A DNA stretch of 64,000 bases from assembly GCA_051748045.1 (NCBI GenBank), contig JBNJGY010000004.1:15309-79308 (forward strand), read 5' to 3'. This DNA is from Thermotogota bacterium. GTDB taxonomy: Bacteria > Thermotogota > Thermotogae > Petrotogales > Petrotogaceae. A program made the position numbers and the translations under genes. This document shows positions 27,389 to 36,678 of the stretch, in pieces (the stretch's first letter is position 1; each line of letters begins with the position of its first letter). The notes beneath the pieces are model-generated. The model saw only the letters and a list, made by a program, of their open reading frames with translations, had not been told where the DNA came from and made no database searches.

Positions 27389-30049
27389 TTACTTATTTAC
27401 TTTCTTACCTCTTTTGTATTCAACGGCTGATTGTGCAGCAGATAATCTAGCTATTGGAACTCTATATGGAGAACAACTAACATAGTCTAAGCCTACTAAA
27501 TGACAGAATTCTATTGATTCTGGATCTCCACCATGTTCACCACATACACCTAGTTTAATATGTGGATTAGCACCTCTACCTAAATCAGTTGCTGTTTTCA
27601 CTAATTTACCTACTCCATCTCTATCAATTTGTTGGAAAGGATCTGAATCGTAAATCCCTTGTTCAATATAATGACCGATGTATTTTCCATAGTCATCTCT
27701 TGAGAATCCTAGAGTTAATTGAGTTAAATCATTTGTACCAAAACTAAAGAAATCAGCATGTTTAGCTATCTCATCAGCAGTTACTGTAGCTCTTGGTATT
27801 TCAATCATTGTACCAATTTTATATTCAACATCAATTTGATGTTCTAATAATAATTCATTAATTACTTCTTCTGCTCTTTCTCTTAAAAGAGTGAATTCTC
27901 CAACTTTTCCAACTAAAGGAATCATTATTTCAGGTCTGACTTCTTTTCCTTCTTTAACCATTTCAATTGCTGCAAGCATTATAGCTTTCACTTGCATTTC
28001 TGCAATTTCAGGATAGGTAACAGCAAGTCTTACACCTCTGTGTCCCATCATTGGATTAGCTTCACCTAAGTCTTCTACAATATCTTTTAGTTCTTCTTCT
28101 GTTATTCCAACATTTTTTGCAACTTCTTTTATTGCTTCTTCTTCATGAGGAACAAATTCATGTAATGGTGGATCCAACAATCTGATAGTAACAGCATATC
28201 CTTCCATTGCTTCAAATAAGCCTTTGAAGTCTTCTTTTTGCATAGGTAATAAATCTTTTAATGCTTCTTCTCTTTGTTCTTTTGTTTTAGATACAATCAT
28301 TCTTCTCATCTTATTTATTCTTTCTTCGCCAAAGAACATATGTTCTGTTCTACATAATCCAATACCTCTTGCTCCAAATCCTCTTGCTATTTCAGCATCT
28401 TTTGGGGTATCAGCATTAACTCTTACACCTAAATTAGCCACTTCATCAGCGTAATCTAATAATTCTCTTATGTCACCTTCAAGACCTGTTGGTTTTATTG
28501 TTTTTACTTTACCAACATAAACTTTTCCTTCTGTTCCATCGATTGACAACCAATCGCCTTCATTTATTGTTATTCCATTTGCTTTTGCTGTTTTTTCTTT
28601 TAAATTAATCACTACTTCTTCAGCACCAACAACAGCTGTTTTACCCATTCCTCTTGCAACAACTGCAGCATGTGATGTCATTCCTCCTGTAGAAGTTAAA
28701 ATACCTTCAGCAGCATCCATACCACCAATGTCTTCTGGTGACGTTTCAGGTCTTAAAAGAATAACTTGTTTTCCTTCAGCTTTTAATTCTTCTGCATGAT
28801 CAGGAGTGAAAACTACAACACCTGTAGCTGCACCAGGGGAAGCTGGAAGCCCTTTACCAAAATACTCTGCTTTTTCTAAGTCTTCTTCAACAAAAGCAGG
28901 ATGTAATAATTTTTCTATGTCTGCAGGTTTAACTCTTGTAACTGCGATATCTTTTGATACAAGACCTTCGTTAACCATATCAACAGCTATTTTAACTGCA
29001 GCAGATGCTGTTCTCTTCCCATTTCTTGTTTGTAAGAAGTATAATTCACCTTTTTCAATAGTAAATTCAATATCTTGCATATCTTTAAAAGCTACTTCTA
29101 ATTTTCTCATTGTTTTAATTAATTTATCATAAACTTCTTTATTGTCATCTTCTAATGTTGATAAATCTTTAGGAGTTCTAATACCTGCAACAACGTCTTC
29201 ACCTTGTGCATTTAATAGATATTCTCCGTATATTTCATTTTCACCAGTATTAGGATTTCTTGTGAAAGCAACTCCTGTACCTGAGTCATTTCCCATGTTA
29301 CCGAATACCATCATTTGTACATTAACAGCTGTTCCTAATAATCCCATCTTATCCATACCATTAATTTTTCTATATTTTATAGCTCTTTTATTATTCCAAG
29401 ATGAGAATACAGCTTCTGTAGCTACCCATAATTGTTCTTCTGGTTTTTGTGGGAATTCTTTACCTTCTTCTCTATATAGCTCTTTATATTTCTCTACAAC
29501 TTTTGCCAAATCATCTGCATCTAAATCAAGATCATTTTTTACATTTTTTTCAGATTTAACTTCATTTAATTTTTCTTCGAATTTTTCATGTTCAATTCCT
29601 AAAGCAACATCTCCAAGCATTTGCATAAATCTTCTATAAGCATCCCAAGCAAATCTCTTGTTGTCTGTTAACTTAGCCAATCCTTCAACAACTTCATCGT
29701 TTAACCCTAAGTTTAAAATAGTATCCATCATACCAGGCATTGATATAGCTGCACCAGATCTAACTGATACTAATAAAGGATTATCTGGATCTCCAAATTT
29801 TTTACCAGTCAATTCTTCGACTCTTTCTAAAGCTGTTTCTGTTTCATCTTTCAAATATTGTGGAATCACTTGATCGTTTTCCCAGTATAATCTACACATT
29901 TCTGTTGTGATAGTGAACCCCGGTGGTACAGGAACTCCTCTTAAAGACATTTCAGCAAGGTTAGCACCTTTACCTCCTAAAAGTTCTTTTAATTTCCCGT
30001 TACCTTCTGCTTTTCCATTTCCAAAAGAATATACATATTTATTTTCCAT
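27389..30049 (-). CDS. ppdK: Pyruvate, phosphate dikinase
   Basis: LLGGKGANLAEM, PLLVSVRSGA, GGMTSHAAVVARG, GLCRTEHMF, SFGTNDLTQ, CGEHGG. Confidence 0.97.
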   Translation of the reverse strand: MENKYVYSFGNGKAEGNGKLKELLGGKGANLAEMSLRGVPVPPGFTITTEMCRLYWENDQVIPQYLKDETETALERVEELTGKKFGDPDNPLLVSVRSGAAISMPGMMDTILNLGLNDEVVEGLAKLTDNKRFAWDAYRRFMQMLGDVALGIEHEKFEEKLNEVKSEKNVKNDLDLDADDLAKVVEKYKELYREEGKEFPQKPEEQLWVATEAVFSSWNNKRAIKYRKINGMDKMGLLGTAVNVQMMVFGNMGNDSGTGVAFTRNPNTGENEIYGEYLLNAQGEDVVAGIRTPKDLSTLEDDNKEVYDKLIKTMRKLEVAFKDMQDIEFTIEKGELYFLQTRNGKRTASAAVKIAVDMVNEGLVSKDIAVTRVKPADIEKLLHPAFVEEDLEKAEYFGKGLPASPGAATGVVVFTPDHAEELKAEGKQVILLRPETSPEDIGGMDAAEGILTSTGGMTSHAAVVARGMGKTAVVGAEEVVINLKEKTAKANGITINEGDWLSIDGTEGKVYVGKVKTIKPTGLEGDIRELLDYADEVANLGVRVNADTPKDAEIARGFGARGIGLCRTEHMFFGEERINKMRRMIVSKTKEQREEALKDLLPMQKEDFKGLFEAMEGYAVTIRLLDPPLHEFVPHEEEAIKEVAKNVGITEEELKDIVEDLGEANPMMGHRGVRLAVTYPEIAEMQVKAIMLAAIEMVKEGKEVRPEIMIPLVGKVGEFTLLRERAEEVINELLLEHQIDVEYKIGTMIEIPRATVTADEIAKHADFFSFGTNDLTQLTLGFSRDDYGKYIGHYIEQGIYDSDPFQQIDRDGVGKLVKTATDLGRGANPHIKLGVCGEHGGDPESIEFCHLVGLDYVSCSPYRVPIARLSAAQSAVEYKRGKKVNK

Positions 30050-30240
30050 TTTCTTCCCTCCCGTAGAGTGGTTTATAAAAAATGATACGTTATCTATTTC
30101 GCTTTCATGTACGTAATATTGAAAAAAATTTCATTCTTATTAATTTTTTGATAAATACTCTTTTTCATTATATATTAAATGTGTTAAATTGTAACTATGA
30201 ATATAAAAACGTTTTTTTAAAAATGTTAAATTATTTTTAT

Positions 30241-31128
30241 TTAATAATATAAATTTTCAGGAATAGAATCTATAACTTCATATTCTTGTATAATATTCAA
30301 AAATTCACTAATTGTTTCCTTGTCAACTCTATAAGAAATCATAGATCTATTAGCTGCTTTTTGAATTACAGGTTTTGGCATTTTCCCACCCATAGCTTCA
30401 ACAACATAATCAACTGCTTCCTCATTGTTATCATTAAAAAATATGTTTGCTGAATCAGAATAAGCATTTATAACATTTTGAGCTTCTTGATTTGGTATAT
30501 CTGTTCTTACAAAAAGCCCTGTAATTGGTATTATAGGTTGAGCTCCAGTTATTTCTGAATATAACTGTTCTATATCCATTCTTACTTTAACTTTTTCTTG
30601 AGTTTTTACTTCCGCAAGAGAAACAAACGGCTCTGGTAATACTGCATAATCAGCTTTTCCAGAGGCTAATAATTGAATTATATCAGCACCATTTGTAATA
30701 TAATGAATGTTTATATCAATATTTTTTTCTTTTTTTAATATTTTAAGAACCAAATCTGCGGTTTGTCCTGGCCCTTGGATTGTATAAACTGTTTTTCCCT
30801 CCAAATCTCCAATTGAAGATACTTCTTTTGAAGAAACTAAAGAAAAAGTCTTCCAAAGTGAAACTCCAGCTAATTTATAATTAACATCCCTATTCATTAA
30901 CTGAACTCCAAATGCAACTGGTAACACAATAAAATCAGTTTGCTCTTTAATAACTAAAGTTTGAGCTTCATCTAAACTTCTCCAAAAATTTGTTTCTACC
31001 CCTTCAACTGGGTCTGAATATAATCCAGCTGCTGGCAAAAGTGACGGACCTAAGGGGTTATGAAAGGACAACCCAAAAGATAACAAAGTGACCAATAAAA
31101 CTGATAAAAGAATTAATAATTTTTTCAA
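30241..31128 (-). CDS. ABC-type substrate-binding protein (SsuA/NMT1-like)
   Basis: TTG start at 31128 after GGAGG; signal peptide; DLEGKTV...GQTAD and LASGKADYAVLPEPF. Confidence 0.75.
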   Translation of the reverse strand: MKKLLILLSVLLVTLLSFGLSFHNPLGPSLLPAAGLYSDPVEGVETNFWRSLDEAQTLVIKEQTDFIVLPVAFGVQLMNRDVNYKLAGVSLWKTFSLVSSKEVSSIGDLEGKTVYTIQGPGQTADLVLKILKKEKNIDINIHYITNGADIIQLLASGKADYAVLPEPFVSLAEVKTQEKVKVRMDIEQLYSEITGAQPIIPITGLFVRTDIPNQEAQNVINAYSDSANIFFNDNNEEAVDYVVEAMGGKMPKPVIQKAANRSMISYRVDKETISEFLNIIQEYEVIDSIPENLYY

Positions 31129-31156
31129 TGTAATACCTCCATTTTTAATATCTTTT

Positions 31157-32329
31157 TTAATAAAGTTGCTCAACATGTAATTTTACATCTAAATTTTTAT
31201 TACTCTCTTCCATAAGAAGATATGAAATTGTTGTTTTTCTTATAAATTCTTTGTTGTTTATACCTGTGTTTTTAGTAACTGTATGTTTCCATGCTCCAGT
31301 ATTGGCATAAAATTTTTTTACTTTATCTTTTGTAATAACATTAAATGATGGTTTATGATTATGCCCCATTATTAAACCTTTAATTTTTTGATCTGGTATT
31401 TCTATATGCTCATCTGAATAACCAATTAAATATTTTTTTGGAATATAAAAATTTTCTTTTAATAATTTCTTTGATCTTTTCAATAAAGCATCTGATTTTT
31501 TCATATCTCTAAAAAACATTATTAGTCTAACTAAGGATTGCCCCATTTCAAGACCACCTATATTGTTGATAAAAAGTTTTGTAAAAACATGATATTTTGG
31601 ATAATTTATTTTTAACCATTTTTTAATTTCTGAAGTTTTTATAAAATCAACAAAATGTTCTGCCCATTTATTTTTTAGATCATATCCTATTGAATATCTT
31701 TTATTAATATGTTCCAACCACTCAAAAACGTCTAATAATGGAGATATATTATCATAATCTGAAACTAAATCATCTGGAAGGATGTCACTTACCTCACTAT
31801 TAAAATTGTTATTCATATATCTAAGTAAATATTCACCAAAAGAAGGTATTAATTTACCTTCTTCATCATATATTATTCTATTCACAGAATCAAACTGATT
31901 TCCATGGATAGACATAACCTCAATAGTCTCATCATAATGATAAGGTAATATTTCTACATTGCCTAACATATTTTCTACCTTTTTTTTAATGGCATCATCA
32001 AACAATAAATAATAATCATGATTTCCTACTATATATCTTATTTTTACTTTTCTTGAAATTTTCTTAAATGTTTCAAAAAGTTCTGAGTGTTCATTTTCTA
32101 TTTTATCCAATAAAGAATAATCAAAAGAATCTATATAACTCTGAATACTTCCTTTCATCTCAAAATCATCTGAAAGATCATATATTTCAATAAAATCTCC
32201 AACTATATTTATCTCTGGATTACTTTCATTTTCCATTTTTTCTAAAATATTTATTAATTTATGGTCATATTTAAAATCATCTCTTAAATTTCCATCTCCA
32301 ATGTGTAAATCTGATAAAAACAGCTTCAT
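31157..32329 (-). CDS. Calcineurin-like metallophosphoesterase
   Basis: SDLHIG, VGD, GNHD, IHG, MGHNH, NTGAW. Confidence 0.85.
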   Translation of the reverse strand: MKLFLSDLHIGDGNLRDDFKYDHKLINILEKMENESNPEINIVGDFIEIYDLSDDFEMKGSIQSYIDSFDYSLLDKIENEHSELFETFKKISRKVKIRYIVGNHDYYLLFDDAIKKKVENMLGNVEILPYHYDETIEVMSIHGNQFDSVNRIIYDEEGKLIPSFGEYLLRYMNNNFNSEVSDILPDDLVSDYDNISPLLDVFEWLEHINKRYSIGYDLKNKWAEHFVDFIKTSEIKKWLKINYPKYHVFTKLFINNIGGLEMGQSLVRLIMFFRDMKKSDALLKRSKKLLKENFYIPKKYLIGYSDEHIEIPDQKIKGLIMGHNHKPSFNVITKDKVKKFYANTGAWKHTVTKNTGINNKEFIRKTTISYLLMEESNKNLDVKLHVEQLY

Positions 32330-32445
32330 AATCCACCCCTTATAAGATCATTCATTCAAAATTATATCATATATTTATTTAGAAGGTTTAAATTTAAACC
32401 CTAATAATTTTAAATAAATCGTTACATTAAATTATTTCAACTTAC

Positions 32446-32474
32446 TTTACAAAATGTTTTATTTCTGATAGAAT
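32446..32474 (+). promoter_or_regulatory. tRNA-Asp promoter
   Basis: TTTACA-N17-TAGAAT with a TGn extension. Confidence 0.55.
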
Positions 32475-32495
32475 ATTTTACGGATTTAATATTTT

Positions 32496-32572
32496 GGGGA
32501 CGTAGTGAAGCTGGTTATCATGCCGGTCTGTCACACCGGTGCCCGCGAGTTCGAATCTCGTCGTCCCCGCCA
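32496..32572 (+). tRNA. tRNA-Asp (GTC)
   Basis: Acceptor stem GGGGACG/CGTCCCC, anticodon arm CCGGT-CTGTCAC-ACCGG, TTCGAAT loop, discriminator G and encoded CCA. Confidence 0.97.
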
Positions 32573-32573
32573 T

Positions 32574-32606
32574 AAACCTTCTCGTTTTTCAACGAGAAGG
32601 TTTTTT
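32574..32606 (+). terminator. Terminator after tRNA-Asp
   Basis: AAACCTTCTCGTT-tttc-AACGAGAAGGTTTTTT. Confidence 0.85.
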
Positions 32607-32663
32607 AATTTATTTTAAGTGATATATAATATCATGGAACTATAAAATATAGAAGGTGTTAAA

Positions 32664-34385
32664 ATGTTTGATATCCCTACCAATAAAAATGATATGAATA
32701 AAATGAATATAAAGCAATTAGATGTAATACTAGTTAGTGGAGATTCTTTTGTAGATCATCCGTCTTACGGGGTTGCAATTATTGCTAGAGTACTAAAAGA
32801 ATTAGCTGGCTTATCTGTTGGGGTTATTTCTCAACCTAATTGGAAGAACACAAAAGATATTTCAAAATTAGGAATTCCAAAATATTTTTGGGGAGTAACT
32901 TCTGGTAATATGGATTCCATGGTTTCTAATTATACAGCCTCAAAGAAGAAAAGAAATACAGACGTTTATTCTCCTGAAGGTTCATTTAGAAAAAGACCTG
33001 ATAGGGCAACTGTTGTATATACCAATTTAATAAAACAGTTCAATAAAGATAAACCCGTAATAATAGGGGGAATTGAAGCCAGCTTGAGAAGATTTGCACA
33101 CTATGATTGGTGGCAAAATAAAGTTAAACAATCCATTTTATTAGATTCAAAGGCTGATTTATTAGTTTATGGAATGGCTGAAAAAACCATACTGGATATA
33201 TCTAAAATTTTTAAAAATAATGGTTCTATAAACGATTGTAAAAAATTAAGAGGCATAGTTTATCAACTCAAAAAAAATGAAGAGTTAAATGTAGATAATT
33301 ATATAGAAATGCCCTCTTATGAAGAAACAGCAAATAATAAAAATAAATATACAGAAGCTTTTAATATATTTTATAACAATATAGACCCTTATCAATCGAA
33401 ATCTTTAATACAAAAACACCAAAATAGGCACGTGGTTCAAACATTACCACAATATCCTCTATCTCAAAAAGAAATGGATGATGTATATTCTTTACATTAT
33501 ACTAAGGAAGTTGCTCCAGAAGAATTATCTAAAGGATATGTGAAATCTATAGATACAGTTAGGACATCCATAACGACTCATAGAGGCTGTTATGGAGAAT
33601 GTTCTTTTTGTGCTATAGCTCTTCATCAAGGTAGATATATTCAAAGCAGATCTAAAGATTCCATTGTAAAAGAAGTAAAAGAATTAACCAACAAAAATGA
33701 TTTCAAGGGCTATATATCAGACCTTGGTGGACCTACTGCCAATATGTATGGTGATGATTGCGAAAAGAAGATTAAGGTTGGAGCTTGTTTAGATAAAAGT
33801 TGTATTGGCACAAATCATTGTAAATTATTGAATCATTCCCATGAAAATTATTTGGATTTGCTGGAAACAGTAAAAAATATAAAAGGTATTAAAAAAGTTT
33901 TCATATCATCAGGTATAAGATATGATTTAATTCAAAATGATAAAAAAAATGGTGATGAATTTTTATATAAGCTATTAAAGTTTCATAACCCAGGAAGATT
34001 TAAGATAGCTCCAGAACATTCTGATAGTCAAATTTTAAAATTGATGAATAAACCATCCTTTAAACATACAGAAGCTTTTATTAAAAAATTAAATGAAATA
34101 AAAAAAGAAAAAAATTTGAATACTAAATTTTCTTCTTACCTTATATCCGCTCACCCTGGAGCAGATATGAAAAAAGATATAAACTTATCAAAAGATATTA
34201 AAAAATATTTTCCTTTTCAACCTGAGGATATACAAATTTTTACACCAACACCTTCTACTAAATCAACAACAATGTATTATACCGAAAAAAATCCTGACAC
34301 AGGAGATAATATATTTGTTGAAAAAAATGAAAAAAAGAGAAAAGAACATAAAAATATTCTATTCAAAAACAAAAGAAGATTTTAA
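32664..34385 (+). CDS. YgiQ-family radical SAM protein (UPF0313)
   Basis: GDSFVDHPSYG, GNMDSMV, RPDRA, GGIEASLRR, RGCYGECSFC, DLGGPTANMYG. Confidence 0.93.
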   Translation: MFDIPTNKNDMNKMNIKQLDVILVSGDSFVDHPSYGVAIIARVLKELAGLSVGVISQPNWKNTKDISKLGIPKYFWGVTSGNMDSMVSNYTASKKKRNTDVYSPEGSFRKRPDRATVVYTNLIKQFNKDKPVIIGGIEASLRRFAHYDWWQNKVKQSILLDSKADLLVYGMAEKTILDISKIFKNNGSINDCKKLRGIVYQLKKNEELNVDNYIEMPSYEETANNKNKYTEAFNIFYNNIDPYQSKSLIQKHQNRHVVQTLPQYPLSQKEMDDVYSLHYTKEVAPEELSKGYVKSIDTVRTSITTHRGCYGECSFCAIALHQGRYIQSRSKDSIVKEVKELTNKNDFKGYISDLGGPTANMYGDDCEKKIKVGACLDKSCIGTNHCKLLNHSHENYLDLLETVKNIKGIKKVFISSGIRYDLIQNDKKNGDEFLYKLLKFHNPGRFKIAPEHSDSQILKLMNKPSFKHTEAFIKKLNEIKKEKNLNTKFSSYLISAHPGADMKKDINLSKDIKKYFPFQPEDIQIFTPTPSTKSTTMYYTEKNPDTGDNIFVEKNEKKRKEHKNILFKNKRRF

Positions 34386-34453
34386 TCAACTTGTAATTTA
34401 TTATTAAAAAATGTTATAATATGTATATAATTAATAATTTTAGGGGGGTATCC

Positions 34454-35680
34454 ATGTCTACTGATATCGATATAAAAACTTATATTGAGAGTTTCGAAGA
34501 AATGTCTCAATTATTTCAAGCTCTTTCCGGGGAAGAAGAAGAAAAATCTTTTATGGACAAACTATTAAATATTGCTATAAAGAGCATACCTGAATCAGAA
34601 TGTGGCTCAATTTGGAAAATAGAAGGAACTCTTTATAGACCTGTTGCAGGCTATTGTTATGATGATGAAATTTTAAATAAGATGGAAATTCCTTTTGAAG
34701 ATTCATATATATATAAACACTTAGACGAAGAAATACACGAAACTTATGACATAGCAAAATTCAACAAAAGTGTTTCAGAATTTTATAAAGTAAGTCAGAT
34801 GCTTCATAAAAAAAATGATAAATTAGTAACTCTTATAGTTCCTTTAAGAATAAAAAATAAATTAGCTGGGCACATTTATATAGATAATTTTAAAGTAAGC
34901 TCATTTAGTGAAACCTCTAAACGAATATTAAAAACTTTCAGTAATTTTGCTAGTACTTTTATGACTTTGATGAACTTAAGGGAAAAAGAAAAAGAAGCAA
35001 ATGAAATGAATTCTGTTTATCTCTCTTTCATAACTCACGAACTTAGAACACCTTTAACTTCTATTATAGGTTTTTCTGAAACAGTTCTATCTGACCCAGA
35101 TATGTCTGCTGCAGAAATGAGAAAAATGATGAGAAAAATATATGCTTCTGCTAAACATTTAAATTCTTTGATAGAAGATATATCAACTTTCAAAAAACTC
35201 AACAAAGATACAAAAATGAATATAGATGAGATTAATTTTAAAAAGCTTTTATTTGATTCTATTTCAATAGTAGAGCCAATGACATCCCCCGATGTTGAGC
35301 TTAATATAAAATATGAAACAGAAATCCCTGATACTATTGAAACTGATGCTACTAAATTGAGACAAGTTTTAGTTAATATTATTGGAAATTCTGTAAAATA
35401 TACTGATTATGGTTATGTCGACATTTACATTTCCTATAGCAAAAAGAAGAAAATGTTTTCAATTAAAATAGAAGATTCAGGCCCAGGCATTCCTGAAGAA
35501 AAACTAAAAGATATATTCAAACCTTTTGTAAGGTTATCAAAAGACAAGCCAGGCTCTGGACTAGGATTAGCAATCGTTAAAAAAACTATTAAAAAATTAA
35601 AAGGCAGCATACATATGAATTCAAAAGAAGGTTATGGTACTACAACAGAATTAAATATTCCTTTATCATTAAAAAAATAA
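34454..35680 (+). CDS. GAF-domain sensor histidine kinase
   Basis: THELRTPL H-box, N-box NIIGNSVKYT, DSGPGI, GSGLGLAI. ATG 34454 follows a GGGGGG SD; the track ATG at 34421 abuts a TGnTATAAT -10. Confidence 0.9.
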   Translation: MSTDIDIKTYIESFEEMSQLFQALSGEEEEKSFMDKLLNIAIKSIPESECGSIWKIEGTLYRPVAGYCYDDEILNKMEIPFEDSYIYKHLDEEIHETYDIAKFNKSVSEFYKVSQMLHKKNDKLVTLIVPLRIKNKLAGHIYIDNFKVSSFSETSKRILKTFSNFASTFMTLMNLREKEKEANEMNSVYLSFITHELRTPLTSIIGFSETVLSDPDMSAAEMRKMMRKIYASAKHLNSLIEDISTFKKLNKDTKMNIDEINFKKLLFDSISIVEPMTSPDVELNIKYETEIPDTIETDATKLRQVLVNIIGNSVKYTDYGYVDIYISYSKKKKMFSIKIEDSGPGIPEEKLKDIFKPFVRLSKDKPGSGLGLAIVKKTIKKLKGSIHMNSKEGYGTTTELNIPLSLKK

Positions 35681-35701
35681 TCCCGACGGGATTATTTTTT
35701 T
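35671..35701. terminator. Bidirectional terminator between the kinase and holA
   Basis: AAAAAAATAATCCCG-A-CGGGATTATTTTTTT. Confidence 0.8.
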
Positions 35702-36674
35702 AATGATACATAGATTTTTTAATGAATTTTATAAATGCAAATTTGTTATTTGTATCTGATTTTAATTCTCTATCTAATAATTCAAGATTAAATATTATTT
35801 CTGCAACATTCTCACGTTTTAAAACCCTGGCAACATTCATTTTTTCTATTTTATCATTACTAAACGTTAACCCACAGAAAGATCTCATACGGTTTTTATT
35901 TATTTTTAATTCTTTTGATAAATTCTCCACATTAGGCCATGAATATTTTTTTGTCCCACTAATTGTTGTCATGGCTTTATAAAGATCGTAAAAATATGTA
36001 GTAAGGAAAAACAAGAATTTTATTGGTATAAATTGAGGATCTTCTAATAAATTTTTCATTAATTCTAGAGCTTTTTCTTCATTTTGGCAACTTATCATAT
36101 AAGCTAAATCTTCTTGTTCAGGTTTAGAAAAATGTGTAACTATTTCTTTTATATCATTTTTAGTTATAAAATCTTTATTTGTATAAATCGAAAGTTTTTG
36201 AATTTCTTCATATATAAAAAGATCATTTTTCCCTAATACTTCCAAAAGATAATCTATTGCATTATTATCCATATTTTTATTGAATTCTTTCAAGACATCA
36301 TTAACAAAATTTCTCCATTTATCTTTTTCCCAAGGGGCTGGAAGTTTTGCTGAAATTTTATTTTTAAAAATTTTTAAATTTTTTAATTCTTTTTCATTTT
36401 CAGTTGTTATAATCAATGTTTCAACAGGTGAATTTTCTGAAGATATGTTTTCTGCTATAACTTCTCTATCTTTATCTTTAAACTTATCAAAATTTTTTAT
36501 AACAACCATTTTTTTGTTTGAAAACATACTACCAACTTGAAAAATATTCAAAAAAGAACTTTCTTGATAGTTTTCAGGAGTTATAATATGTAGTTCGACA
36601 TTTTCGTCTTTTCTTTTGTCAATTTCAATTCTTTTCTTGATTTCAGAATTTCCGTGAACTAAAATTCTATTCAT
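35700..36674 (-). CDS. holA: DNA polymerase III subunit delta
   Basis: SMFSNKKMVVIKN, AIDYLLEVLG, EIQKLSIY...IT..DI; size fits HolA. Confidence 0.8.
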   Translation of the reverse strand: MNRILVHGNSEIKKRIEIDKRKDENVELHIITPENYQESSFLNIFQVGSMFSNKKMVVIKNFDKFKDKDREVIAENISSENSPVETLIITTENEKELKNLKIFKNKISAKLPAPWEKDKWRNFVNDVLKEFNKNMDNNAIDYLLEVLGKNDLFIYEEIQKLSIYTNKDFITKNDIKEIVTHFSKPEQEDLAYMISCQNEEKALELMKNLLEDPQFIPIKFLFFLTTYFYDLYKAMTTISGTKKYSWPNVENLSKELKINKNRMRSFCGLTFSNDKIEKMNVARVLKRENVAEIIFNLELLDRELKSDTNNKFAFIKFIKKSMYH

Positions 36675-36678
36675 TTAA

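Noticed and set aside
24796..29873. Long plus-strand ORFs of 71-175 aa (24796, 26295, 28224, 28806, 29142, 29658)
   Set aside because: Antisense to oadB and ppdK in codon register, with no SD or recognisable motifs; typical shadow ORFs. The same applies to the other short nested ORFs in the track.
30050..30240. Riboswitch or sRNA upstream of ppdK
   Set aside because: No recognisable conserved motif or stable stems by eye; an Rfam/Infernal scan would be needed to exclude it fully.
32496..32606. tRNA-Asp as an integration site for an island
   Set aside because: No integrase nearby and no duplicated tRNA 3' end seen in the window; flanking genes are ordinary.
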